A stretch of DNA of 64,000 bases, taken from positions 50,690 to 114,689 of the IMG/VR virus record IMGVR_UViG_3300028008_000005; one strand, given 5' to 3'. This document shows positions 1-8,312 of the stretch, one piece after another (within the stretch, counting starts at the first letter, position 1; each line of letters opens with the position of its first letter). Made by a program: the position numbers and the translations under genes. The stretch comes from a virus. Below the pieces are notes generated by a model, which was not told the origin of the DNA, did not search any database, and worked only from the letters and a program-made list of their open reading frames with translations.

Positions 1-9
1 TTACTTACA

Positions 10-1287
10 ATGATTACATTTTTTCTTGTTGGCTTTGTTGCTGGCGGAGTTAATGGTCAAACATATACAGAAGAAGTAGCAAGCATTATTAACGAAAACT
101 GCGTGGTCTGTCACAGAGCAGGCGGCATTGGACCTATGAGCTTTGAAACATATGAGCAAGTAAGACCATGGGCACCACTTATCCAAATGAGAGTGGCTAA
201 CCGTGAAATGCCTCCCTATGCATACGATCATGGAATTGGTATTCAAGACTTGCAAGGTGACTGGCGACTATCACAGGATGACATAGACACTGTTGTTGCG
301 TGGGTCAATGAAGGATCTCAATACGGCAATCCAGACACAGTATTACAGTCAGTTGACCTAGGCGATCCAGAAGCATGGAGCTTCGAAGGAGACTTTGGAG
401 TACCAGATGCAATCATACCAAGTGTAGCAATCGATATTCCGGCAAACGGTAACGACCTATGGCATAAGCATTTAGTACCTACAGGCCTTACTGAAGATCG
501 CTGCATTAAAGCAGTACAGGTAAAGCCTCGTGGTGATGCAAAAGCAGTAGTGCATCACGCTAACTCCAATGTTGTTATTGACGGAGGTCGTGAAGGTATG
601 CTCACGGAGTATGCTATGGGAAAGTGGGGAGAGATCGTCCCAGAGGGAGTATGCAGGCTACTTCCAGGAAACGCAGAAATCAGATGGGATATTCACATGT
701 TCCCGGGTGGACTTGGAGCAATGGCACCCGGATCAGTTATCAAAGACAACGTGGTAGAGATTGGTCTTTGGTTATATACCGAAGAGGAAAGCCAAGGATT
801 GAAATACAAACAAGATTTGAGTCTGTATCGCCTAGGCAACCAGGACGATATTACGATACCCCCAAATGGTTACTACATGACTCAAGGTTTACACAGTTTT
901 GATCATCCAGTTAGACTAGATAGTTTTCAACCACATGGACACTTGCGTATGAACGCAGCAAGTTTGGAAATATTCTATCCAGAGACAGGACGCACAGAAC
1001 AGATTAGCCAAGTAAGTAATTGGAGTGCAACATGGCATCACAGTCATTTATATGACCCAGATGTAGCACCACTCTTACCAGCAGGCGCAGTGATTGTTCT
1101 GAAGCAATGGTACGATAACACATCAGACAATCCAAATAACCCAGATCCAGATATGTGGGTAATGGGTGGCTCAAGAACAGGCGATGAGATGACGCACGCG
1201 TGGCTTGCTATTACGCATCTAGATGACGAAGGATATAATAGGCTAAAAGATGAAAGAAATGAAAGAGTTGAGCTTGCTAATAGATAA
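10..1287 (+). CDS. Exported cytochrome c / copper type II (PHM/DBM-like) monooxygenase fusion; the start may lie upstream of the window
   Basis: Hydrophobic N-terminus and CVVCH haem-c motif. PHM-type copper ligands occur in the expected order: VVHH, DIHM, PHGH, DEMT. The frame is open back to base 1. Confidence 0.8.
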   Translation: MITFFLVGFVAGGVNGQTYTEEVASIINENCVVCHRAGGIGPMSFETYEQVRPWAPLIQMRVANREMPPYAYDHGIGIQDLQGDWRLSQDDIDTVVAWVNEGSQYGNPDTVLQSVDLGDPEAWSFEGDFGVPDAIIPSVAIDIPANGNDLWHKHLVPTGLTEDRCIKAVQVKPRGDAKAVVHHANSNVVIDGGREGMLTEYAMGKWGEIVPEGVCRLLPGNAEIRWDIHMFPGGLGAMAPGSVIKDNVVEIGLWLYTEEESQGLKYKQDLSLYRLGNQDDITIPPNGYYMTQGLHSFDHPVRLDSFQPHGHLRMNAASLEIFYPETGRTEQISQVSNWSATWHHSHLYDPDVAPLLPAGAVIVLKQWYDNTSDNPNNPDPDMWVMGGSRTGDEMTHAWLAITHLDDEGYNRLKDERNERVELANR

Positions 1288-1408
1288 TCGCAATAGGTTA
1301 GATATAGATAGGGATTGGGAAGAATACCAAGAACTAACTGAAGAGATCCAACTTTTACAAAATGATTTAGTAACACTATCAATTATGGGAGAAGATTTAA
1401 ATGAATAA
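1250..1408 (+). CDS. Possible 52-aa acidic helical protein ([52 protein letters not shown])
   Basis: Translated by hand. It fills the gap between the two monooxygenases and overlaps both. No family recognised. Confidence 0.35.
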   Translation: MKEMKELSLLIDNRNRLDIDRDWEEYQELTEEIQLLQNDLVTLSIMGEDLNE

Positions 1409-2645
1409 AATAAACGCTGCGGCAGGAACATTAGGTGTTCTATTGCTAATGCTTGGACTTAGAGCAGAAGCGCATGACGATGTAAAGATCGACTACGCAG
1501 AGAACGTAGCCCCTATCTTTGTAGAACAATGTCAAAGCTGCCACCGTGAAGGTGGTATTGCACCGTGGGCAATGAGTGACTTTAGAATGTTGCAAGCATT
1601 CGCCCCTGCAATCCGTGAAGCAGTTACAACATTAGAAATGCCACCCGGGCAGATTGATCGCAAATATGCAAAGGATATTATCAATCATCGCACACTCAGT
1701 CATACAGAAATGGAGACTATTGTACAGTGGATTGATGCAGGCGCTCCTGTCGAAGGTGACAGAGATCCGCTAACAGAAACTGTATACTCAACATCAGAGT
1801 GGGTACACGGTGAGCCTGATATGATTGTCTATGTACCAGCACAAGAAATTCCTGCTGGTCCTTCTGCGATTCCATATCGTTATGTTGGTGTAGACTTAGG
1901 ACTAACTGAAGACAAATGGCTTCGTGGTTCAGAGTTTTTGCCTTCAGAGCCTACAGTAATGCATCACATGCTAAACTCAGTAAGTGTACCGGGAGAGCGT
2001 AATGGCAACATCTTAGGCACACAAGGTGGCGGACAAGAAGAAATGAACTACGCTAGTGTGAGTGCATATGTACCAGGAGGCGATCCAGAATTTTATGACG
2101 AGAACACTGGTGGTTTGTTAAGAGCAGGTTCAACAGTAAACTTACAGTTACACTACACACCAGACGGCAGAGCAAGAACTGACGAAGCAAGAATTGGTTT
2201 GTACTTTCACGATGAAGGTGTAGTACCAGAAGAGAGAATGGCAGGCGACTGTGCTTGTATCTTCCCTAACAACTGGACAACTATCCCTGCATTTGATCCT
2301 AACTTTGTACAAACAGCAGAAGTAGTTCTAAAGCAAGATGTAATGCTGCACACATTCTTACCACACATGCACTTCCGTGGCAAGAGTATGAAAGCAACTG
2401 CATTCTATCCAGACGGCACTGTAGAAGAACTAATTGATGTACCAAGATATGAATATGCTTGGCAACTATCATACACGTGGAGAGAGCCTAAGTTCTTACC
2501 TGTAGGTACAAGACTGTTTGTAGAGGGAGCATTTGACAACTCAGCAGAGAATAAAATGAATCCCGATCCTAGCAGAGACGTACCGTGGGGTCAGATGAGC
2601 GAAGATGAAATGTTCTTTGGAGCATTTACTTGGAAAAACCTATAA
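1401..2645 (+). CDS. Second exported cytochrome c / copper type II monooxygenase (paralogue)
   Basis: Signal peptide ending AEA, CQSCH motif, and ligand motifs MHHM, QLHY, PHMHFRG, EDEMF. GGAG RBS upstream. Confidence 0.82.
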   Translation: MNKINAAAGTLGVLLLMLGLRAEAHDDVKIDYAENVAPIFVEQCQSCHREGGIAPWAMSDFRMLQAFAPAIREAVTTLEMPPGQIDRKYAKDIINHRTLSHTEMETIVQWIDAGAPVEGDRDPLTETVYSTSEWVHGEPDMIVYVPAQEIPAGPSAIPYRYVGVDLGLTEDKWLRGSEFLPSEPTVMHHMLNSVSVPGERNGNILGTQGGGQEEMNYASVSAYVPGGDPEFYDENTGGLLRAGSTVNLQLHYTPDGRARTDEARIGLYFHDEGVVPEERMAGDCACIFPNNWTTIPAFDPNFVQTAEVVLKQDVMLHTFLPHMHFRGKSMKATAFYPDGTVEELIDVPRYEYAWQLSYTWREPKFLPVGTRLFVEGAFDNSAENKMNPDPSRDVPWGQMSEDEMFFGAFTWKNL

Positions 2646-2655
2646 GGGGACTAAT

Positions 2656-2727
2656 ATGTGGACTAAACCAGCTTATGAAAATATAAGACTTGGATTTGAA
2701 ATCACTATGTATTTTAGTGTTAGATAA
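2656..2727 (+). CDS. pqqA: PQQ precursor peptide PqqA ([23 protein letters not shown])
   Basis: Translated by hand: 23 aa with the MWTKP...R.GFE.TMY PqqA signature including ExxxY. AAGGGGA RBS just upstream. Confidence 0.9.
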   Translation: MWTKPAYENIRLGFEITMYFSVR

Positions 2728-2756
2728 TCTATAACTTGTCAAACTAGGAAAAATAA

Positions 2757-3086
2757 ATGTCAGAAGCAGAAATAAAAAAATCTGGTCATCATCCTGCCGA
2801 TACAAATGGTGATGGTAAAGTAAGCCCTAAAGAACAAGATATGTACATGGAATTTAGGCGTAAAGAGCTTGAAGACCAAGATGCAATGCGGGATGCACAA
2901 AGGAAGATGGCATGGTTTGCTTTAGGTGGTATGCTTCTTTATCCTTTTGCAGTTGTAGTCGCATCCATTGCAGGATTAGACCAAGCTCAGGCAACTCTCG
3001 GTGATATGGCACCTACATATTTTGTTGCTGTTGCTGGTATTGTTGCTGCCTTTTTTGGGGCTCAGGCATTTGCTAAGAAACCATAA
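2757..3086 (+). CDS. Small membrane protein with an EF-hand loop and two TM helices (holin-like topology)
   Basis: Canonical 12-residue loop DTNGDGKVSPKE, two hydrophobic segments and a basic C-terminus. Confidence 0.6.
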   Translation: MSEAEIKKSGHHPADTNGDGKVSPKEQDMYMEFRRKELEDQDAMRDAQRKMAWFALGGMLLYPFAVVVASIAGLDQAQATLGDMAPTYFVAVAGIVAAFFGAQAFAKKP

Positions 3087-3090
3087 TAAG

Positions 3091-3131
3091 ATTAATACGG
3101 GTAGATTTGCCTTGAATCTACCCGTATTAAT
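3091..3131. terminator. Perfect 17-bp inverted repeat; likely bidirectional terminator
   Basis: ATTAATACGGGTAGATT-tgccttg-AATCTACCCGTATTAAT between convergent genes. Confidence 0.75.
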
Positions 3132-3161
3132 AATTAACGGGTGATTTTCTTATGTTTTTCC

Positions 3162-3638
3162 CTAAGGGGTGTTAGACACTAGTAAGCCAATCATAACCGC
3201 GATTATCATAGTTCCTATTATACAAACTGCCCCTATAGTAATTACATCGGACCAGAACTTTTTATTTTCTGCTTCCGCCTTTGCTTTCGCTGCTCGTGCA
3301 TTCATAATTCTTCTACGCTCCGCCATCATATCTTCATAAAATGCACCCTGTCCTGACCATATCAAATATTCTCGCAATTCTTTTTCAAGTTGCATGATTT
3401 TATGTTTTGCGGCTGTTGCTTCAAGTGCTTGTGCTTCGACACTAGTACCAGAAAGAAGTTTAGATGCAATTGGCGCATTTTGACTCAGATGGTTGGCTTT
3501 AATAATATTATCTTTGGCATCAAAAAACTTGCCAAACATCTGCGCCATGTCTTGCGCTTCTTTTCCGGCATCCATTGCCTTTCTAATGGTTTTATAGGCA
3601 CCGTTTGCTATAGAGACTGCTGCTGCGATTTCTATCAT
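3162..3638 (-). CDS. Hypothetical helical protein with a C-terminal TM segment
   Basis: 158-aa ORF with a C-terminal hydrophobic helix; late promoter upstream. Confidence 0.7.
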   Translation of the reverse strand: MIEIAAAVSIANGAYKTIRKAMDAGKEAQDMAQMFGKFFDAKDNIIKANHLSQNAPIASKLLSGTSVEAQALEATAAKHKIMQLEKELREYLIWSGQGAFYEDMMAERRRIMNARAAKAKAEAENKKFWSDVITIGAVCIIGTMIIAVMIGLLVSNTP

Positions 3639-3722
3639 AAACGATCCATTTGAACTGATAGCATAACAAAGAGATATAGGCGTTTCATTTGCTACTCCCT
3701 TATAAGGTAAGAACTATATCTT

Positions 3723-3730
3723 TATTTATA
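3723..3730 (-). promoter_or_regulatory. T4-type late promoter TATAAATA
   Basis: TATTTATA on + strand, in the intergenic region upstream of 3162..3638. Confidence 0.6.
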
Positions 3731-3733
3731 TAA

Positions 3734-4237
3734 TTACTCTGAGTCGTTCAGGGGGTTATCGAGTATACGCTCGATTTTATCTTCTAGTTCATCACGCATT
3801 TCTCGCAACTCTTCATCTAGATCTCTCAGACGATCATTTAACTCTGTCTCCATACCATAAACATCGTTGCGTAAGTCTCTTTGTGTCTCATTTGTAGACT
3901 CGTCAATTGTTCTTACGAATGTATCCATCTCGTCTACGTCTTCACGAACACGGTCTATGTCTTCTGCTATACTTTCAAATAAGGTTGTTACAGTATTAAA
4001 CTGCTGAGATATATCTTCTTGCAGCGAACCGACTGTCTCTGCCTGTACTGCTAACTGCTGATTAATACCAGACATATCAGGAGCAACATATTCTGTTACC
4101 GCTTGTTCTGCATCGAGCAATCTCTGATACAGTTCAAAGCCTCCCCACATGCCACCAAGTATAGTGCCTAGTAATGGGATAAGAATTAGTGCCTTTCCGC
4201 CTGATACTTTCATTTGTCCTATTTCTACTTCAGCCAT
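3734..4237 (-). CDS. Membrane-anchored coiled-coil protein
   Basis: N-terminal TM segment (ALILIPLLGTILGGMWGG) followed by a long acidic heptad region. Confidence 0.7.
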   Translation of the reverse strand: MAEVEIGQMKVSGGKALILIPLLGTILGGMWGGFELYQRLLDAEQAVTEYVAPDMSGINQQLAVQAETVGSLQEDISQQFNTVTTLFESIAEDIDRVREDVDEMDTFVRTIDESTNETQRDLRNDVYGMETELNDRLRDLDEELREMRDELEDKIERILDNPLNDSE

Positions 4238-4502
4238 TTGAAAATTTCCTTTGAATCCATTTAAATGTGTAGTAAATTGTAAGACCGTAACAAGCCAATA
4301 CGCTCATAGGCATCGCTATGTATATTAGCTCCCACGGGGATAAGAATAATATTTCCCATGTAAAGTTTGCTACTGCTTCAGCATCGCCTATAGGATGTTT
4401 AGGTATAAAGGCTTCTGCATCGTCAAATTCAACGTAGTTATGGAACTCTATCCATTCGTTATTTGTAAAACATATTTCAAATTCTTCTGGACACTCTGTC
4501 AT
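4230..4502 (-). CDS. Small membrane protein
   Basis: 90 aa with a C-terminal TM segment; coupled to its neighbours; GGAG RBS. Confidence 0.6.
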   Translation of the reverse strand: MTECPEEFEICFTNNEWIEFHNYVEFDDAEAFIPKHPIGDAEAVANFTWEILFLSPWELIYIAMPMSVLACYGLTIYYTFKWIQRKFSNG

Positions 4503-4504
4503 AA

Positions 4505-6601
4505 TTATCTCCCGTATTGTAAGGATATTAATTCTTTGTATTTCTTATCTGTGCCAATCATTCGCAGCATAGAGTTTCTATCATTCTGTACACTGCTCGT
4601 CGGCATACCTCTGTCAGTGTAAAAGCTAACATCTTGTAGTTGTCCGCTGTATTGTGAAAACGCACTGTTACGACCCATTAAGAATACAGTCAAGCTTTGA
4701 TCTGTGAATCCGCCAGAGTCTTGCATGTTACTAGCAAACTCGTCCAAGTTTTGTTCTAGTTGTTCGTCAGACATATTTTCAGCTTGTGCGTTTGCTTTGT
4801 CTGTAGTCTCCTGTTCTTCTTGACTTGGTGGCGCAACATTAAAACGTGAGAAATCAGGTGGTGCTGTTGAAGTTAGAGCATCGCTTATCGATCCACCACT
4901 AGAGAAGGCTTGATTAGTTTGACTACCAAAGTTCTGGTCTGAAGTTGTTACACCAGATGACGATAAAGTGTCTGTGAAATCTTGGGTATCAGACTGTTGA
5001 TTAGTTGCCTCAATTGATAGTGCTGAAAATATTATAGAAGGCCCTCCAAAGCTAAAATCAAGGTTAGTCTCTTCGCCGAAAGATTGTTTCCCGCCGTTAA
5101 AAGTTTGACCGCTATCTCCCATGCCCATACTACCTGAGTTTTGTTCTATTAAGTCTTCAACAATGCTTTCTTCGGTTATTTCACTAAAGCTTTGAATTTG
5201 GGATTGTTGCTGTGCCTGTGTTATGCTGTTTAAAGCGAACTTGTTGCTTGATGTTATCGATGACTGAACTAAGTTTGCACTAGATTGTATCTGGTTCATA
5301 GCAATGGCCACAGCGTCTACTCTTCTAGCTGCGTTTTGCCTTGTTGCTACTGGACCAGATCGACTATTAACAGGTGCTGCTTTGACTACAGCGACTTCAA
5401 TCATGTCTTCTCTTATGAGTAAATTGTCATCAGAATTACTCATAACTTCGGGTTGCGTGTAATTTTCTTCTTTTTTTACATCTACAATTTGCTTTTCTAT
5501 TTCAGGTGTAAATTCTTCATATGTTTCCTCTATCTCTGGTACAACTACCTCATCGAACTCTTGCTCCATCATGTCTAGTTCTGGTCCACCACCAAAGTCA
5601 TCCAGAGAAGAACCACCATTAAAAAGATCAGGTGTTGATCCATCAAATGTATCAGCTACCATTCCGTTAAAGTCATCCAGAGAAGAACCACCAAAAAACT
5701 CCTCTTGAGTTTGACCAGCTGTCAATGTATCTTGATATGTATCAAAAGGATCCGGGCCGAAATTAAGTGAAGGATCATCAACAAAATCAAATACATTATC
5801 ACCAAAGACTTCAGTACCATCAAAGGATCCTACAGGATCAAAAATGCCACACGACTGTGGATTGTCGTCACATTCATCTACAGCTACGTAATTAGATAGA
5901 GTGGAGTTTACAGTATCTAATACTGAATCAACACCGCTCGCATTCTCATACGCACCTGTTACTGTATTAAACTGCATTGTAAATGGAATATTAGAAACCC
6001 ATTTATTCTTTTTATATTCAAGAACATTATATTGACCAATACTCAAATCACCTGCTGTACCTACCGTAGTGTTGTGCGACTTTATCTTTATTTTATCGTA
6101 TCTAAATTTAATATCACCTGTGTCAAAAATCTTTACTTCAAAGCTATTTAATCTATTAACATTATAATATTCTGGTATATCGTACCAGCCAAACGTGGCA
6201 GTATTGCTTGTTGTTTTATACCAAGGGTTAGGATTATATTCTACTGCTAAGTCTGTCCAAAGACCGAAAATAGAATAACTCAATGCATCCGCTTTGCTAC
6301 CGTTTCTCCATTGCTCGGTATTGTACATTTCAGCTTCTAAGTCGTATCCACTACAACAAAAAGTATGTCCCTTAACACCATTATCTTGGAAGTTCACTAC
6401 ACCGTTGTAAGTGACCCATGCTTTGTCGTATGTGTTATCATAGAAAGGAAAGTCAAACCCTAGATCAACTTGAGCTTGTTGGAGGTCATCGATATCAAGC
6501 TTTACTGCTGAGTTATCATTTCTTAAGTCTACAAGCACAGACGGATATTGCCCATAAGCAATTCCGCTCAATAGCATTAAGGCTATAAATAACTTTTTCA
6601 T
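4505..6601 (-). CDS. Secreted protein with a NIDO/nidogen-like N-terminal domain and acidic low-complexity linker
   Basis: Signal peptide; motifs LGFDFPFY..Y....V..NG.V.F, LWTDL and F.V.IF..G.I.FRY typical of NIDO-like domains. Confidence 0.6.
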   Translation of the reverse strand: MKKLFIALMLLSGIAYGQYPSVLVDLRNDNSAVKLDIDDLQQAQVDLGFDFPFYDNTYDKAWVTYNGVVNFQDNGVKGHTFCCSGYDLEAEMYNTEQWRNGSKADALSYSIFGLWTDLAVEYNPNPWYKTTSNTATFGWYDIPEYYNVNRLNSFEVKIFDTGDIKFRYDKIKIKSHNTTVGTAGDLSIGQYNVLEYKKNKWVSNIPFTMQFNTVTGAYENASGVDSVLDTVNSTLSNYVAVDECDDNPQSCGIFDPVGSFDGTEVFGDNVFDFVDDPSLNFGPDPFDTYQDTLTAGQTQEEFFGGSSLDDFNGMVADTFDGSTPDLFNGGSSLDDFGGGPELDMMEQEFDEVVVPEIEETYEEFTPEIEKQIVDVKKEENYTQPEVMSNSDDNLLIREDMIEVAVVKAAPVNSRSGPVATRQNAARRVDAVAIAMNQIQSSANLVQSSITSSNKFALNSITQAQQQSQIQSFSEITEESIVEDLIEQNSGSMGMGDSGQTFNGGKQSFGEETNLDFSFGGPSIIFSALSIEATNQQSDTQDFTDTLSSSGVTTSDQNFGSQTNQAFSSGGSISDALTSTAPPDFSRFNVAPPSQEEQETTDKANAQAENMSDEQLEQNLDEFASNMQDSGGFTDQSLTVFLMGRNSAFSQYSGQLQDVSFYTDRGMPTSSVQNDRNSMLRMIGTDKKYKELISLQYGR

Positions 6602-7635
6602 TAATTAGGCATGTTAGGTGAGGAGGTCATTTTCCTAACACTGCGTTTGGTTACACCAGGCACATCTATAAGATTCTCTTCCCATGCAACGCCCGCCTCT
6701 TCGCCAATCAAACCTTGGTAAGGGCATGGAGTTCCTGCCATCTTCATAGCAGTCCATACACGCTCATCTTGACACATTAAAGATACAGCAGCAACTCTCA
6801 TACCCATATCGTATATTGTCTTAGCAAGTTTAATTCGTTCACAGTTTGTATCTGTAACCGACTTGCCTGCCGACAAACCAAATATTTGAGTTTGAACAGC
6901 ACCTGCTACACCTGTAGTACACAAGTCTTGTGAGAATGAAGCACCTATAGAAGGAGCAATAGCAGATGGCGGAGGTGACTCTATTTTCTGAGTCACGGTT
7001 TGAGTTGATTGTGATTGATTAATGTTCTGGTTTACATTATTGTTTGTGTTATCAGTTGTTACCTCACTAACGCTGTTGTTATTATTAGATGACGAAGATG
7101 TAGAAACGTTGACGTTTGTATTGTCACTAGTTGATGATGACACATTGGTGTTATTACTAGTACTAGAATTGTTACTGGTAGAAGTATTAACATTGGTGTT
7201 GCTATTTGTATTGGTGTTTGTGTTGGTATTCACATTGGTATTACTGTTTGTATTGTTACTTGTATTGTTGCTTGTATTATTTGAGGTATTGATATTAGTA
7301 TTCACATTAGTATTACTAGTGCCACCACTCATCACGTTATTGTTAGTATTAACATTAGTGTTGCTACTTGTGCTAGTACTGGTATTTGTATTGTTGTTAG
7401 TATTTGTGTTTGTATTATTATTGGTAGCAGTACTAGTGTTGGTATTTGTATTGTTGTTAGTATTTGTGGTAGTTGCAGTCGAGGTCGATGTTGAAGTCGA
7501 CGTGATATCAGTTTCCGCAGTGGATCCTTCGCAGTATTGGGTTCCAGCAGTACAAGTGCCAGTTGCTTGTGCCAATACAGGGTTAGACAATATAGGAGTC
7601 ATCAAAAGCATAGCAAAGAGATATAAACGTTTCAT
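6601..7635 (-). CDS. Secreted Asn/Thr-repeat protein with a Cys-containing C-terminal domain
   Basis: Signal peptide, a long (NT)n-rich tract, then PPPSAIAP..DLC...CERIK...C...PCP. Confidence 0.75.
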   Translation of the reverse strand: MKRLYLFAMLLMTPILSNPVLAQATGTCTAGTQYCEGSTAETDITSTSTSTSTATTTNTNNNTNTNTSTATNNNTNTNTNNNTNTSTSTSSNTNVNTNNNVMSGGTSNTNVNTNINTSNNTSNNTSNNTNSNTNVNTNTNTNTNSNTNVNTSTSNNSSTSNNTNVSSSTSDNTNVNVSTSSSSNNNNSVSEVTTDNTNNNVNQNINQSQSTQTVTQKIESPPPSAIAPSIGASFSQDLCTTGVAGAVQTQIFGLSAGKSVTDTNCERIKLAKTIYDMGMRVAAVSLMCQDERVWTAMKMAGTPCPYQGLIGEEAGVAWEENLIDVPGVTKRSVRKMTSSPNMPN

Positions 7636-7671
7636 AGTTAATTCTCTTTAGGGGGATAGTTATTGCCTATC

Positions 7672-7679
7672 TATTTATA
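7672..7679 (-). promoter_or_regulatory. T4-type late promoter TATAAATA for the leftward operon
   Basis: Exact consensus about 36 nt upstream of the 7635 start. Confidence 0.7.
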
Positions 7680-7688
7680 ATAATTTAC

Positions 7689-7756
7689 GTTACGAACTAT
7701 GACGATTTGGGGGTTCACAAAAGGTATTTTTTAGGGTATAATACTCACATAAATTA
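7689..7756 (+). promoter_or_regulatory. Early sigma70-like promoter, copy 1
   Basis: TTCACA(7714)-N17-TATAAT(7737), with flanks shared with copy 2. Confidence 0.75.
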
Positions 7757-7773
7757 AATAAAGGACCAAACCT

Positions 7774-7959
7774 ATGTCAAAGATGGGCCAGTACATCCAA
7801 GAGTTTAATGACGACCTAATTAATATGTCGTTCCACGATTTTTGTTTAAAGCATGCCAACGACTATCCAAATAAGGCTAAGGACGAGAACAAGCTAAAGG
7901 AGCTCAAGGATGAGTACAACTCTATGAAAGATGATTTGCTAACAAGTTACGAACTGTGA
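7774..7959 (+). CDS. Hypothetical early protein, 61 aa
   Basis: AAGGA RBS; directly follows the promoter. Confidence 0.7.
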   Translation: MSKMGQYIQEFNDDLINMSFHDFCLKHANDYPNKAKDENKLKELKDEYNSMKDDLLTSYEL

Positions 7960-8014
7960 CGAATTAATTGTTTACAAGACCCCCTGTTCTAGTGTATAAT
8001 ACTCACGTAAATTA
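7946..8014 (+). promoter_or_regulatory. Early sigma70-like promoter, copy 2
   Basis: TTTACA(7971)-N18-TATAAT(7995), with the same upstream GTTACGAACT box and downstream ACTCAC.TAAATTA. Confidence 0.75.
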
Positions 8015-8031
8015 GGAAAAGGACAAAGATT

Positions 8032-8121
8032 ATGGAAAAGGTTAAATACGTACTTACTGAAATAGCTATTGCAGGTTCGGTTGGTTTGGTTATGGGAATT
8101 ATTTTTGGATTAGGGGTTTAA
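8032..8121 (+). CDS. 29-aa single-TM peptide (MEKVKYVLTEIAIAGSVGLVMGIIFGLGV)
   Basis: Translated by hand; AAGGA RBS; first ORF after promoter copy 2. Confidence 0.65.
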   Translation: MEKVKYVLTEIAIAGSVGLVMGIIFGLGV

Positions 8122-8123
8122 TT

Positions 8124-8312
8124 ATGAATATTGATAAGAAAATGGTTACAGATATAAACGTTGCTTATAAGCAGTTCTTAAATCTTGTCGAAGAAGGTGC
8201 GGGTGATTTCACAACCCATAAAGCACTGTGCAATATGATAGATTACGCACACTCTCTTCAAATGGAAATAGATCCAGACCCTCGAGCCATTTGCCGGAGG
8301 GAGGGGCGATAA
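8124..8312 (+). CDS. Hypothetical protein, 62 aa
   Basis: Tightly packed ORF; its stop overlaps the next start (TAATG). Confidence 0.6.
   Translation: MNIDKKMVTDINVAYKQFLNLVEEGAGDFTTHKALCNMIDYAHSLQMEIDPDPRAICRREGR

Noticed and set aside
2656-2727. PqqA peptide as a direct amidation substrate of the PHM-like enzymes
   Set aside because: PHM acts on C-terminal Gly, but this peptide ends in Arg. It also has no export signal, whereas the enzymes appear to be exported.
7022-7651. 209-aa Leu/Val-rich plus-strand ORF that looks like a membrane protein
   Set aside because: It is the antisense shadow of the Asn/Thr repeat codons of 6601..7635, which has the signal peptide, late promoter and operon context.
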